Part shown: positions 9,167 to 18,834 of the stretch, piece after piece
Position numbering within the stretch: position 1 is the first letter of the stretch
Layout of the letters: the number at the start of each line of letters is the position of its first letter
NCBI GenBank assembly: GCA_965240325.2
Contig: OZ251222.1
Coordinates: 3,224,001 to 3,288,000, forward strand
Source: Rebecca billardiae RCC1528
Taxonomy: Eukaryota > Protista > Haptophyta
DNA: 64,000 nucleotides
Reading direction: 5' to 3'
Translations under genes and position numbers: made by a program
Notes under the pieces: generated by a model
Seen by the model: only the letters and a program-made list of their open reading frames with translations
Database searches by the model: none
Told to the model about the DNA's origin: nothing

Positions 9167-12069
9167 GCCGCGCGGCTCTCGGCCATCTCCGCCGCGTGCC
9201 GCGCGTAGATGGCGTCCGCGGAGGGGCCGGCGGGCGGCTCGGCGGCGGCGGCGCCAGCGCCGCCCGTGCCGTACGCGTCCCACGTCGCGTTGCCCTCCTC
9301 GTTCCCCTCGCCGATCGGCAGCTGCCACGCGGGCGGCGGCGGCGGCGGCAGCGCGGGCGGCAGGTGCGCCGTCCCCGGCCCGCCCGCCGAGAGCTGCTGC
9401 GTTAGCGCCGCGCGCTGCTGGCGCTCGATCTCGGCGACGGCGGCCTCAAGCTCGGTGGGCGGCGCGCGTCGGCGCTCGGAGAGGCGGCGCGCGAAGTAGT
9501 CCTTCTTGCACTGCGCCATCGCGCGCGCGAGCGACGCCTGCTCGCCCTTGAGGTCGGCCACCTGCGCGCGGTACGAGGACAGCTCGGCCGTCATCGCCTT
9601 GAGCTGCTTGCTCTTGTCCGAGAGAGCCGCGTGGTACGCGGCGAGCTGCTCGGCGACCTCGGGGCCGGGCTGGCGCGCGAGGATGTTCTTGAGCTCGACG
9701 TACAGCTTCTCCTTCTGCTGGATCAGCGCGTCCTTCGCCTCCACCTCGTCCGTCTTCGCGATCAGCCGGCGCTGCAGCGCGTGGATCTTGACAATCATCG
9801 CGTACACGGCCGGCTCCGAGCCCTCGAGCTTGCGCCACCGGTGCACGTTCATCGGGTGCTCCAGCTCGTCGGCGAGCGCGCGCGCCTTGGAGCGCTCGCG
9901 CAGCAGCTCGCGCTCGAGGCGGATCACGTCGCGCTTCAGGCTGGGCACCGACGAGATCGCCGCGCGCAGCGCCGAGAGCTCCGCGCGCAGCGTGTACACC
10001 TGCTCCTTGAGCGCGCCGATGTCGTCGAGCCGCTCCGCATACGCGGCCTCGCCCTTGCGCAGCATCGACTGCTGGATCTTGATCTGCTCGTACAGCTTCT
10101 GCAGCTCGGCGTTGCGCTTGACGAGCTGGCCGCCGAGCACGTCGCGCTCCGCGGTGACGATGTCGTACTCCTTGCGCTGCTTCGCGCGCTCCGCGTCCGC
10201 CTCGTTGATGATGTTGTGCAGCTTGGCGATCTCGGCGCGCGTCGAGCCGATCGCCGCGTCCGCCTCGGCGGTGCGCGCGCGCGCCTCGTCCACCTGCAGC
10301 CGGATGGTCGCCTTCTCCTTGTCGACGCGCATGTGCTCGAAGTGCTCGCGCGTGAGGTGCGTGTCCTTCGACGCGATCTCGTCCTTCAGCTGGTCGATCT
10401 GCGACGACATGATCTTGAACTTGCGCTTCATCTCGGCGATCTCCTCCTGCGCCTCGATCAGGTTCTTGGAGTAGAGCGAGCGGTCGGCGCGCACGGCCTC
10501 GTACAGGTTCTGCTGCTGCTTCAGCCGCGCCTCGGACTCGGCGATGCGGCGCTGCACCTCGACGACCTCCTGCTCCTTCGCCGCCACCGCCTCCACCGCC
10601 GCGCGGTACCCCGCCGACGCGCGCAGCGCCTCCTGCGCGTACTTCTCGCGCTCGCGCTCGAGGACGGCGATCTGGCGGCGCGCGCGGTGCGCGTCCGTGC
10701 GGTACGCCGTCATCTCGTGCTCGAGGTTCTTCTTCTCGTTCTCGGAGATCTTGACGAGGTTGACGCACTTCTGCGTCGACGCGACCGCCTTGATCAGGTT
10801 CTTGTTCAGGATGTCGCGCTCGCGCACCAGGTCCTCGTGCGTCTTGCGCTCGCCCTCCACCTCGCGCGAGAGCAGCTCGAGCTCGCGCTCGAGCTCGGTG
10901 ATCTGCGCGCGCACCGCCTCGCGCTGCGCGTCCGCCGCGGCGCGCGCGTCGTCGAAGGCGCGGACGCGCTTGGCGACGACGCCGACGAGCCGGTCGAGCC
11001 GCGTCGCCTCCGAGCGCGCCGCCTCCACGTCGTCCTGCTTCGAGCGCAGCTCCATCCCGCGGTGCCGGTTCTCCTGCTGCAGCGACGCGTTGGATCGGAT
11101 CTGCTCCGAGAGCTCGGCGTCGAGCTGCACGTACCGCTGCGCGAGCGCGTCGTGCCCCTTGGCGGCGCGCTCGGCGGCGGCGCGCGCCTCGCGCACCTGC
11201 GCGTCGACGCGCACGAGCAGCTCCTGCCCCTCCACGATCCGCGCCTGCTTCGCCCGGATCTCCGCGTTCCGCGCCTCGAGCCGCGCCTTGTGCTCGACCA
11301 GCTCCTTCTCGTGCCGGTCCTTGCGCCGGCTCTCGCGCTCGACCTCGACGCGCTTGGCGTCGATGGCGGCCTTGAGCGCGGCGGCGGCGGACTCGGCGGA
11401 GAGGCGCTCGCCCTCGAGCACGCGCAGCTTCTCCTGCGCGTCCGTGATGTCCCCCTTCGCCACGGCGATCTGCGCGTTCACCGTCTCGCGCTCGCGCACG
11501 AGCTCGTCGCGCTTGTGCGCGAGCTCGCGCATCTGCGTCTCCTTGGCGGAGTGGTGCTCCGAGTCCTCCTTCGCGGCGGACTGGAGCTGCACGAGCTCGA
11601 GCTTCAGCTGCGCGATCAGCTCCTTCAGCCGCGTCTCCTTCTCGTGCGACGCGTCCACCGACTTCCACGTGCGCTCAATCTCCTTGCGCAGGTTGCCGAT
11701 CGCCGTCTGGTCCTCCTGCGAGAGCTTGGTCGCCTGGACCACCTTGTTCTGGTGCGTGTCGACCTCACCGCGCAACTCCTTGCACTTCTTGATCAGCCGG
11801 CGCTCCGACTCGTGCGACTTCTTCACCGCGCGGTACAACGTCGCGTACTCATTGCGGAACGGCTCGAGCAGCGGATCTGTCGACAGCTCGTGCAGCGCCG
11901 CCTCAAAGTCGGCCTCGAGCCGCTCGAACTCGGCCTGGTCGAAGCCGAGGCTCTCGAAGTTATCGCCCGCCTCCTGCGCGTGCGGGTCGTGCCGGCGCGG
12001 GGCGACGCGGGGTCACGACGAGCGCGCGCGCGCGCGCGATGGGCGTTACGCCATGCTGCTCACCGCCAT
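8806..12069 (-). CDS. CFAP58: Cilia- and flagella-associated protein 58 (CCDC147/FAP58-FAP189 family); 6-nt first coding exon, intron 11974-12063
   Basis: Characteristic segments FERLEADFEAALHEL..FRNEY..KKSHESERRL, QNLYEAVRADRSLYSKNLIEAQEEIAEMKRKFKIM, ELEHPMNVHRWRKLEGSEP, KEKLYVELKNILARQPGPEVAEQL. Long coiled coil. Confidence 0.93.
9112..9165 (-). repeat. (CAG)18 polyglutamine tract in the CFAP58 C-terminal extension
   Basis: Uninterrupted CTG run on the + strand, translating to poly-Q. Confidence 0.95.
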
Positions 12070-12170
12070 GGCGCCAGCAGGCCAAGGTGTGCGGAAAAAA
12101 CGTTCAACGGATTTCAAAATCCAGCGCAGGATTTTTCGAGTTTTCGTTGAGTATTCTTTTATTTCGCGCC

Positions 12171-12574
12171 CGCGCCTCAGCGCGCCCTCGCGCCCCGCCG
12201 CCGAGCGCGCGCTGCTCGGCACCATGCGGCGCGAGCTGGGCATGCGCTGCCTGCGTGGCCAGGCCAAGATGCTCATCGCCCGCGCGCGCATGGCGCACGT
12301 GCGCCCGGGGGCACGCGCCCGCGGGGGCGCTGCATACGACGACTACTTCGAGACGACGGCTGACGACGCGTGGCACCGCGACCACCGCGGTGGCGCGTGC
12401 GCGTCGACGCCAGACGGTGCGTCGAGCTTCCGCTCGGCGATGGAGTGATGGGCGACTATGAGGGGGGGGACGACGGCGAGGAGCGCTGATCCTGGTGTTT
12501 GTCTCTGCTGCTCGATCTGCTGCTACAGCTTGCTGACTCTGACGCCTGCCCGTTGCATACCACGTCGTTAATAT
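12171..12574 (+). mobile_element. 5'-truncated copy (~404 bp) of the non-LTR retrotransposon at 52112-56809
   Basis: Identical by eye to 56409-56812, including the ORF end (...SFRSAME*) and the 3' UTR ending CCACGTCGTTAATAT. Confidence 0.96.
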
Positions 12575-12636
12575 TTTGCTGATGAGATTTATTATAATAA
12601 TACTGCTCGTCCGTATATTTCGGTATTTATCGCGGG

Positions 12637-13983
12637 CTAGTCGTTCGCCTGCTTGGCGCTACGCCGCCCTCGCCCCGAGGCAGCAGAGGCTTCGTCGGCG
12701 GCGGATTCAGACTCGTCGTCGTCGCTGTCGCCGTCCCACCATCCACCGGCCGCGAGCCCCGCCTCCGCCTCGCCGGGCTCCTCCTGGACGGGCGTGAGCT
12801 CAACCGCTGGCGGCGCCGCGTACCCCGCTGAGCGCCGCATGCGGCGCATCCCAGTCCCACGGTCGCCGCCCCCACGGAGCACGCGCTCTCCGATCGCCGC
12901 GGCCGCGGGCAGCATTAGCATCACGCCGCCGAAGATGAGCAGCGCGCCGCCGACCGCCCGCTGCCGCGCAGTCGAGCCGAAGTCAAGCGTGCCGCGCGTG
13001 AGCCGCTCGGCCACGAGCTGCGGGTCGAGCGCGGAGCGAAGGACCGCGCGCGCGCCCGCAAAGCTCACGCCGGTGGGCTCGCCCGCGTGCCGCGCGTCCT
13101 CAGGCCGCAGCGCGGTGTACGTGGCCGGCGCGGCGCACTCGGCGGCCTGCGACAGTACGCCCCGCCCGTCGCCCGCGCCAACCTCGATGACGGCGCACAG
13201 CTCGGCGAGCGTCTCGAACACGGTGCACGCGCGCGCACGATCCTCCCACGCGCCGCGCCGTGCGTGCACACACTGCTTCCAGCCGTGCGCACGAGGCTCG
13301 GCGGCGCCCTCGCGCGTCAGCTCGAGCGCCGGCAGCGCGAGGCGCGCGAGTGCCGGCGCGCGCTCCGGCGCGTCTGGCGGCTGCTGCTCCACGGTGAGCT
13401 GCGCGTGCAGTGGGTGCGTCCATGCACCCAGCATGGGCAGGCATCCTGCCTCACCGGCGCGCGTCGGCTGCAGCGTCGCCTCCCAGGCCAATGAGTCGTA
13501 CGTGCTGAGATCGGCGCTCGGCATGCCGCCGGCGCGTGCGTTCACGGCCGGGCGGCGCGCGTGAAATGGGCATACGCCCTCCCACTCGGTGCCGTTGGGG
13601 AGCGCCACGCGTGCGCGCAGCACAAGCCGCAGCCGGCGGAACGCGAGGACGCGCTCGTCGGCGCCCCACGCGGCGACGGCCGCGTTGTACGTGTGCACGC
13701 GCGCAGCGCGGCTCTCGTCGGCGAACGTGCCGTTCTGGACGGCATCGACCGCCTGCATCGCGCCGATCACTGCGAGCATCGCCCCGAATGCGCAGAGCAG
13801 CGAGTGAAAGAGCCCGGAGGCGAGGCCTCCGGTGTACATGGCCTCCGCGTCGAAGCCTGCGCCCGGCGCAAATGGGAAGCGGCCGCCGCGCTGTCCGGGT
13901 AGGGAGCGTAGGTCTAGCGCAGCCACTCCGACGCCACGGCGCAGCCGTGCGCGGGCGCGCGCCTCCGCCGCGAGTCCGAGCAT
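12637..13983 (-). CDS. Hypothetical two-TM membrane protein with a large Cys-containing loop (448 aa; start uncertain)
   Basis: Long ORF with hydrophobic segments LFHSLLCAFGAMLAVIGAM and AVGGALLIFGGVMLMLPAAAAI flanking a ~270-aa loop. Acidic tail. Confidence 0.7.
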   Translation of the reverse strand: MLGLAAEARARARLRRGVGVAALDLRSLPGQRGGRFPFAPGAGFDAEAMYTGGLASGLFHSLLCAFGAMLAVIGAMQAVDAVQNGTFADESRAARVHTYNAAVAAWGADERVLAFRRLRLVLRARVALPNGTEWEGVCPFHARRPAVNARAGGMPSADLSTYDSLAWEATLQPTRAGEAGCLPMLGAWTHPLHAQLTVEQQPPDAPERAPALARLALPALELTREGAAEPRAHGWKQCVHARRGAWEDRARACTVFETLAELCAVIEVGAGDGRGVLSQAAECAAPATYTALRPEDARHAGEPTGVSFAGARAVLRSALDPQLVAERLTRGTLDFGSTARQRAVGGALLIFGGVMLMLPAAAAIGERVLRGGGDRGTGMRRMRRSAGYAAPPAVELTPVQEEPGEAEAGLAAGGWWDGDSDDDESESAADEASAASGRGRRSAKQAND

Positions 13984-14080
13984 CTTTGCGGGCGCGCCCC
14001 CAGTTGGGCAGCCTCAGACCCGGCTCAGCGTTGCCGAAGTGGACCAGCCGGGTAAGGTAGTGTATCATAGTCGATCTCGA

Positions 14081-14119
14081 TCGCCTGCCTGAGCTGTACT
14101 GGTACATGTGCGTCTCTTA
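14081..14119 (-). repeat. Dispersed ~50-bp motif, degenerate reverse copy
   Basis: Reverse complement reads TAAGAGACGCACA[tgtaccagta]CAGCTCAGGCAGGCGA. Confidence 0.75.
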
Positions 14120-14897
14120 AATTAAACAGCGGGGGCCTAGCGGCCTTTTCCCGGTGGGGCTGGTCGAACACAGCGCGTCTAGGACGCGACGGAGAAGCTT
14201 GCCAGGGCCGGCAGACCCGACGACGATGAGACGAGTTGGCCGTTCAGCGCTGACTAACGGTATCATCCGAGCTGCCGCGTCTTCGCGCGTCGCGTGTGCG
14301 ATTTAGCCATTAGCCAGGTGCGGCAGCGTGGCTCTCCCAGTTCTGCAAGGCCCACCGAGGCGCCAGCGAGGCGCGCGTCGATGCCAGTCGATGCAGTCGT
14401 CGCTGCGCACGGCCGCTCGGGCACGGCGGCACGGCAACGGCACGCACCGATCACGCCGTGCGTGCGCGCGTCGGCCATCGACGCGTGGTAGTCGTGCAGC
14501 AACTGCAGTCCGCACGTCGTGCGCGCTGCTGCCGCCGGACGCCCAGATGGCGCGCGACCGCGTCGGTCGCGGCGGCCTCGCGCGCCGCGCGCGGTTCGGC
14601 TCGACGCGCGGCGTGACCCTCGCGGCGCTCCGCGTTGCGCGCCTCGTCCACGCCGTTCAGCGTGCTCGCCAGCCGCGCTGCGCGAGGCACGCGTCGAGCG
14701 CTGCCGGCGTCTCGCAGTTTGGGTGCGAGGCCGCGGGCGCGCGCGCGCCGGGGCGCGTGGCCTCGTGCGGGTGCACGGCGAGGCGCGCCAGGTCCGTACC
14801 GTTACCGTATTGTATAGGCGGTATGAACTGGGTAAGGGGGTACCGCTAAGATCGCCGCCAGATTTGTGGGAATCGCAACGACATCTCTATGCGGCGA

Positions 14898-14995
14898 GCG
14901 CAAAAATTAACCACATGCGCTTCGATTCCCGAGGCGTGCCCTAATTGGCGCGAAAATTAACCAAGTGCGTTCTCGATTCCCGAGGCGTGCCTAAT
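14898..14995. repeat. Imperfect ~50-bp tandem duplication in AT-richer intergenic DNA
   Basis: gcgc.aaaattaacca..tgcg..tcgattcccgaggcgtgcc.taat occurs twice in tandem. Confidence 0.8.
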
Positions 14996-15201
14996 CAAAA
15001 AACGTTTGAGGCCCCATTGTTCGTATTCCTACTCCGGTATTACTTGGGACAGCAGTAGGTGACACCCAATTAAAGGGGGTCGGAGCTGGGTCTCCCAGGG
15101 CTTTCTCACGAATTAAAATTGTTTAAAGCTGTGTTCACCAGAATTCTTAGTAAACTAAACTGTATGGACAGCATGCAATACATCGCGTCAAGAAAACCGA
15201 G

Positions 15202-15843
15202 ATGGCGGGCGGCCAGCCTGGCTTCGTTGTCGAGCGCCACCACGTACTCGTCGGTGCCGGCTCCCTGTGCGCTGGCCTGGGCGTACTCATCATCGTCATT
15301 GCCGGTACGGAACTTGCCGTTATGGGTGGCAAGGGGCTCGACCCTCAAAAGCACTTCCGCAGGCTCGACACGGACTGCCGCATTGTGCGCGCGTATTACC
15401 ACCTTGACCAGTTCACATCGAAGACAGGGCGTGGGAGCACTTGCACGGACGTGTACACCTACGAGTTCACGCATCAACGCGAGCCTGGGGCAGAGACTCA
15501 CAACTACCGGAGCGGCGAGGAGGTTCATGGCTCCCGCAAGTGCTATGGTGGTGCTGCACCGCCGGCACTGCAAGCAGGAACGGATGTACCATGCTGGGAG
15601 CCGGCGAACGTGCTTGGCGTGCGTGAGCGCAGCCATGAGTACAACTGCGGCAATCCGCAGTGCGTGAAGGTTCAAGACCCAGCGAGTCATGTGCACGCCG
15701 AGCGCGGCGCGCACCTGCTACCCATCGCCGCTGGGGTGGCAGCGGTGCTCGCCGGGTCGTGCATGCTCGGTGAGGCGGTGCGTGTTAGCGCCTGGTGGCG
15801 CAACCGCCGCAGCTCTGTAAGCAAAAGCGCAGAGCAAGTCTAG
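15202..15843 (+). CDS. Two-TM protein with a Cys-rich extracellular loop (213 aa)
   Basis: TM1 VLVGAGSLCAGLGVLIIVIAG and TM2 LLPIAAGVAAVLAGSCML. Loop has six Cys (DCRIV, TCTD, KCY, VPCW, NCGNPQC). Confidence 0.75.
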   Translation: MAGGQPGFVVERHHVLVGAGSLCAGLGVLIIVIAGTELAVMGGKGLDPQKHFRRLDTDCRIVRAYYHLDQFTSKTGRGSTCTDVYTYEFTHQREPGAETHNYRSGEEVHGSRKCYGGAAPPALQAGTDVPCWEPANVLGVRERSHEYNCGNPQCVKVQDPASHVHAERGAHLLPIAAGVAAVLAGSCMLGEAVRVSAWWRNRRSSVSKSAEQV

Positions 15844-16158
15844 TCTCGAGTGAGCGGGAATGACGGGGCAGTGGCTTGCGCCGCCGCGTGGCAGCGCACA
15901 AGAGCCGATCCGCGCGGCCCGCACGCGACGGTCGGACGCTCCGGGATGCGGCACTCGGAGCCGGCTCGGTCGCGGGCTGCCGAGTGAGACCGGGTCCGGT
16001 CGTCGCGCGCGTAAATAAGCACTAGCACGTGTCTGCCGTGTGCGTGGTAGTTATAACATTAAATGATTAATAAGCCGCCGCGCTAACAATTTCGTATTAC
16101 GGCCTGCTCGGCGCCGCCACTCACGGGCCGAGCACGGTCACCGGTGAGCTCCGAATCA

Positions 16159-16224
16159 CCGAATGCCCGACTACAGAACCTCAGAGGCCGAAATCCGAAT
16201 GCCCGACTACAGAACCTCAGAGGC
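16159..16224. repeat. 30-bp direct repeat, 36-bp period (CCGAATGCCCGACTACAGAACCTCAGAGGC x2)
   Basis: Exact copies start at 16159 and 16195. Confidence 0.9.
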
Positions 16225-16522
16225 GTCGGCACAAGCGCGCGCGCGCATATCATGGAGGAAAGCCCACGCGGCTCGGCGCGGCCCGCGCGGACTCGTCACG
16301 CAGCGCCCGGGCGCGGGCACTGCGGAGGCTAGCTGTTCAGGCAGACTCACGAGTCTCGAACACCGCGCCGCCGCGCTCGTCTCGTCGCAGCTGCGCTTGC
16401 CGCGCGAGTGCGTGAGTGTGTGTGGCGTCGTCAGGTAAAACAGACTGTTCATCTATGGGTAGCTGGGTTCATGCGCGCATAGATCGGGATGGACTGAACG
16501 GAAGATGGCGCGTGCAGAAAAC

Positions 16523-16595
16523 AGCCGGCAACGGGGGTCGAACCCGCGAACCCCTTGGTTACAGGCCAAGTGCTCTACCACTGAGCTATACCGGC
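16523..16595 (-). tRNA. trnT-UGU: tRNA-Thr (anticodon UGU)
   Basis: 73-nt cloverleaf: GCCGGTA/TGCCGGC acceptor stem, GCTC-AGTGGTA-GAGC D arm, CTTGG-CCTGTAA-CCAAG anticodon arm, GCGGG-TTCGACC-CCCGT T arm. TTTT Pol III terminator immediately downstream. Confidence 0.92.
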
Positions 16596-16787
16596 AAAAT
16601 CAAACAGAATGCAAATCGTGCGCGAAACTGAGTATTAGAAGACCACAACTAAGTTTTTGAGCAACGACGCCATGATTGTGGTATTCCTTTTTCTTTTCGT
16701 CCGCTCGTAATCTCGGCCTGCGACGAAATATTCTTTTAATAAACTAAGGGCCAAAGCCTCCGCGGCCGGGTGGCTGCCTGAGCAATG

Positions 16788-17870
16788 TCATGACCTCATC
16801 CAGCTGTGCTCGTTGTCACCGTCGTCCGACTCGCCGTCGGAGGACTCCGCGGGAACGCCAAGCTCGTCGCACCCGACGCCAAAGCTCGCGTCATGGCTGA
16901 TTCCGCGGGTGTCGGCGTGCGGCGGTGGCAAAACGAGCGCGGCGCCGTCCGCCTGCGCCGCGGGCTCATCGGCCACGACGGCATGCGGGCGTCGGCGCAC
17001 GCCGCCGGCGTCAGCGGCGGACGGCGCGGCGCGCGTGTCCACCGCGGTGCTCGGCTCGATCACGCCCTGCGGATGCTGCGCGAGCAGCACTGCGACGAGC
17101 GCGCTCATCTCGTCCGCGGAGACGCCGACGGGTGGCGCGGGCGCCTCGCAGCAGAGCTCGTCAGCCGCGGCGTCGGCCAGCGCGCCCGCAGGGGCGCCGG
17201 CCATCCGCGGCAGGTGCGACGAGGACCTCGCGTGGGCCGTGGGGCGACTGGCGCACGGCGCGCCACCCGCGTCACGCGCGCAGGCGCTGTCCGTGCCGGC
17301 CGTGCGAAGCGTCATCAGCGGCCGCGGCTCGCCGAGCTGCGCATCGGAGAGCGCCTCAGCTCCCGCCTCGCTCACGCACAGGCGTGTGTCGCTTGCGCGT
17401 CGGTGCATGCCGCCGAGTGCGGCGGCAGAGGCCAGGTTCGAGCGGATCGAGTCGGAGGAGCGCACCTTCGTGATGCGCTTGCCCGAGGCCCCCCTGTTCA
17501 GCGCGCTGCGCGACGAGACGGTATCGAGCTGGGCATGGGAAGGGCGAGCGCAGCACGCGAGCACATGCGTGAGCACAGGTCGCAGCGCGCACGCGCGCGC
17601 GCCGGGGCGGGGCGCAAGCACGGCGCGGCGCGCGCTCACCTGGGAGGAGGACGATGTATCACCACGGAGCGTGGGGTACGCAAGCGCCTTGCTCGCCGGC
17701 CGCGCAGGCGCGGCGTCGGCCAGCGCGCGCGGCCTCGTTGACGGCATCAGCGCGTGCACGAGCCGTGGTGTGCTCGCGTCGGGCAGGTGGGCGATGATGC
17801 GGTCGAGCTGGGGGTGCAGGTCCATGAGTGTGCGCATGACCTGCAGGTCGTCGAAAATCGTTGTCGCCAT
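16788..17870 (-). CDS. Hypothetical, largely disordered protein (probable intron 17529-17639)
   Basis: ATG at 17870 (MATTIFDDLQVMRTLMDLHPQLDRIIAHL). CAG|GTGAG donor and CCCAG acceptor flank a (GC)n-rich 111-bp stretch. Confidence 0.6.
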   Translation of the reverse strand: MATTIFDDLQVMRTLMDLHPQLDRIIAHLPDASTPRLVHALMPSTRPRALADAAPARPASKALAYPTLRGDTSSSSQVSARRAVLAPRPGARACALRPVLTHVLACCARPSHAQLDTVSSRSALNRGASGKRITKVRSSDSIRSNLASAAALGGMHRRASDTRLCVSEAGAEALSDAQLGEPRPLMTLRTAGTDSACARDAGGAPCASRPTAHARSSSHLPRMAGAPAGALADAAADELCCEAPAPPVGVSADEMSALVAVLLAQHPQGVIEPSTAVDTRAAPSAADAGGVRRRPHAVVADEPAAQADGAALVLPPPHADTRGISHDASFGVGCDELGVPAESSDGESDDGDNEHSWMRS

Positions 17871-18541
17871 CGGGCGCTCCGTCGACGCGCGCCCTGAGCA
17901 GGAGCGCGGAATGGAACGGGTATTGTGCGGAGATCTCGCCGATCGGGCGGCGGGTCGGGTACCAGCCGAACGCGACAAAGCAGCAAAACTTTTTCCCCGC
18001 TTCGTCGAGCAGCCAATCTTTGCGCCGCATCCCGAAGGATTCCCCTTAAGGTGCGGCCCGAGTCGCAGAGATTCCCCTATGGATCCCCAACCGCTGTAGT
18101 AGCTTGCACATACGACTGACCGCGGTGAGTACGCACCCGCGGCGTACGACCTGGGTCGCAAATGATAATGAAGCTTGAGCGGATGTCGATTGGCTCGCTT
18201 TCCATCATCAGTGTCATCAAGCTGTCATCAACAAAAAGGCGCGCGGGTCTCGGCGCGCGCAAAAACCTGCCTCGTGTCTCAAGGGCCGAAAATCGGACTG
18301 AAAGTCACGGAGAGTAATTTTCGCTCAATGAAGCGACATGAATCTGCGCCTACTATGTATTCGACGACGACGAAGAAATCCTCCCGACGACGGCATCCGG
18401 ATTCCAATTGGCTACGTCAGAGGACGCGAAACGTACTGGTCGTCGTCGCACTGGGCAAAGCGGCCGTTTCCCGCCCATTTTACTTCCCTCCTTCGGTATT
18501 GGGCGGAGTAGAAGAGGTAGCGCAGGTAGAAGATTGCGGTA

Positions 18542-18593
18542 CCCGGAGCAAGGGGCTTACAAAATCTCACTTTTGTAAGCCCCTTGCCCGGAG
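18542..18593. mobile_element. 38-bp TIR-only relic (P-element-like footprint) with 7-bp target-site duplication
   Basis: CCCGGAG-[CAAGGGGCTTACAAAA tctcac TTTTGTAAGCCCCTTG]-CCCGGAG: a 16-bp perfect inverted repeat flanked by a 7-bp direct repeat. Confidence 0.7.
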
Positions 18594-18834
18594 TATGCCG
18601 TAGTAGGGCTTCGGCCTGCGGCCTTGATTCCTTTGGTAGGATGCGCCCGGACGGTACCTCTTGGCCCGCCCGGAATGAACACTCAAAACACGATCGCACT
18701 GGGCAAAAAAAGGCCGCCACAAAAAGCGGCAACAGCCGAGGACTCGCCGAAGAGAGCTGTTGCCACGACGCCCCCTGGCGGCGATTCACTGCATCACAAC
18801 CTTGAACCTCCCCTAGCGACCTCACGGCGGAAGG

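Noticed and set aside
9446-12448. Long overlapping ORFs across CFAP58 and other genes
   Set aside because: Expected from very high GC content and scarcity of stop codons. No recognisable domains.
16159-16224. CRISPR-like direct repeat
   Set aside because: Only two copies, a 6-bp spacer, eukaryotic context and no cas genes.
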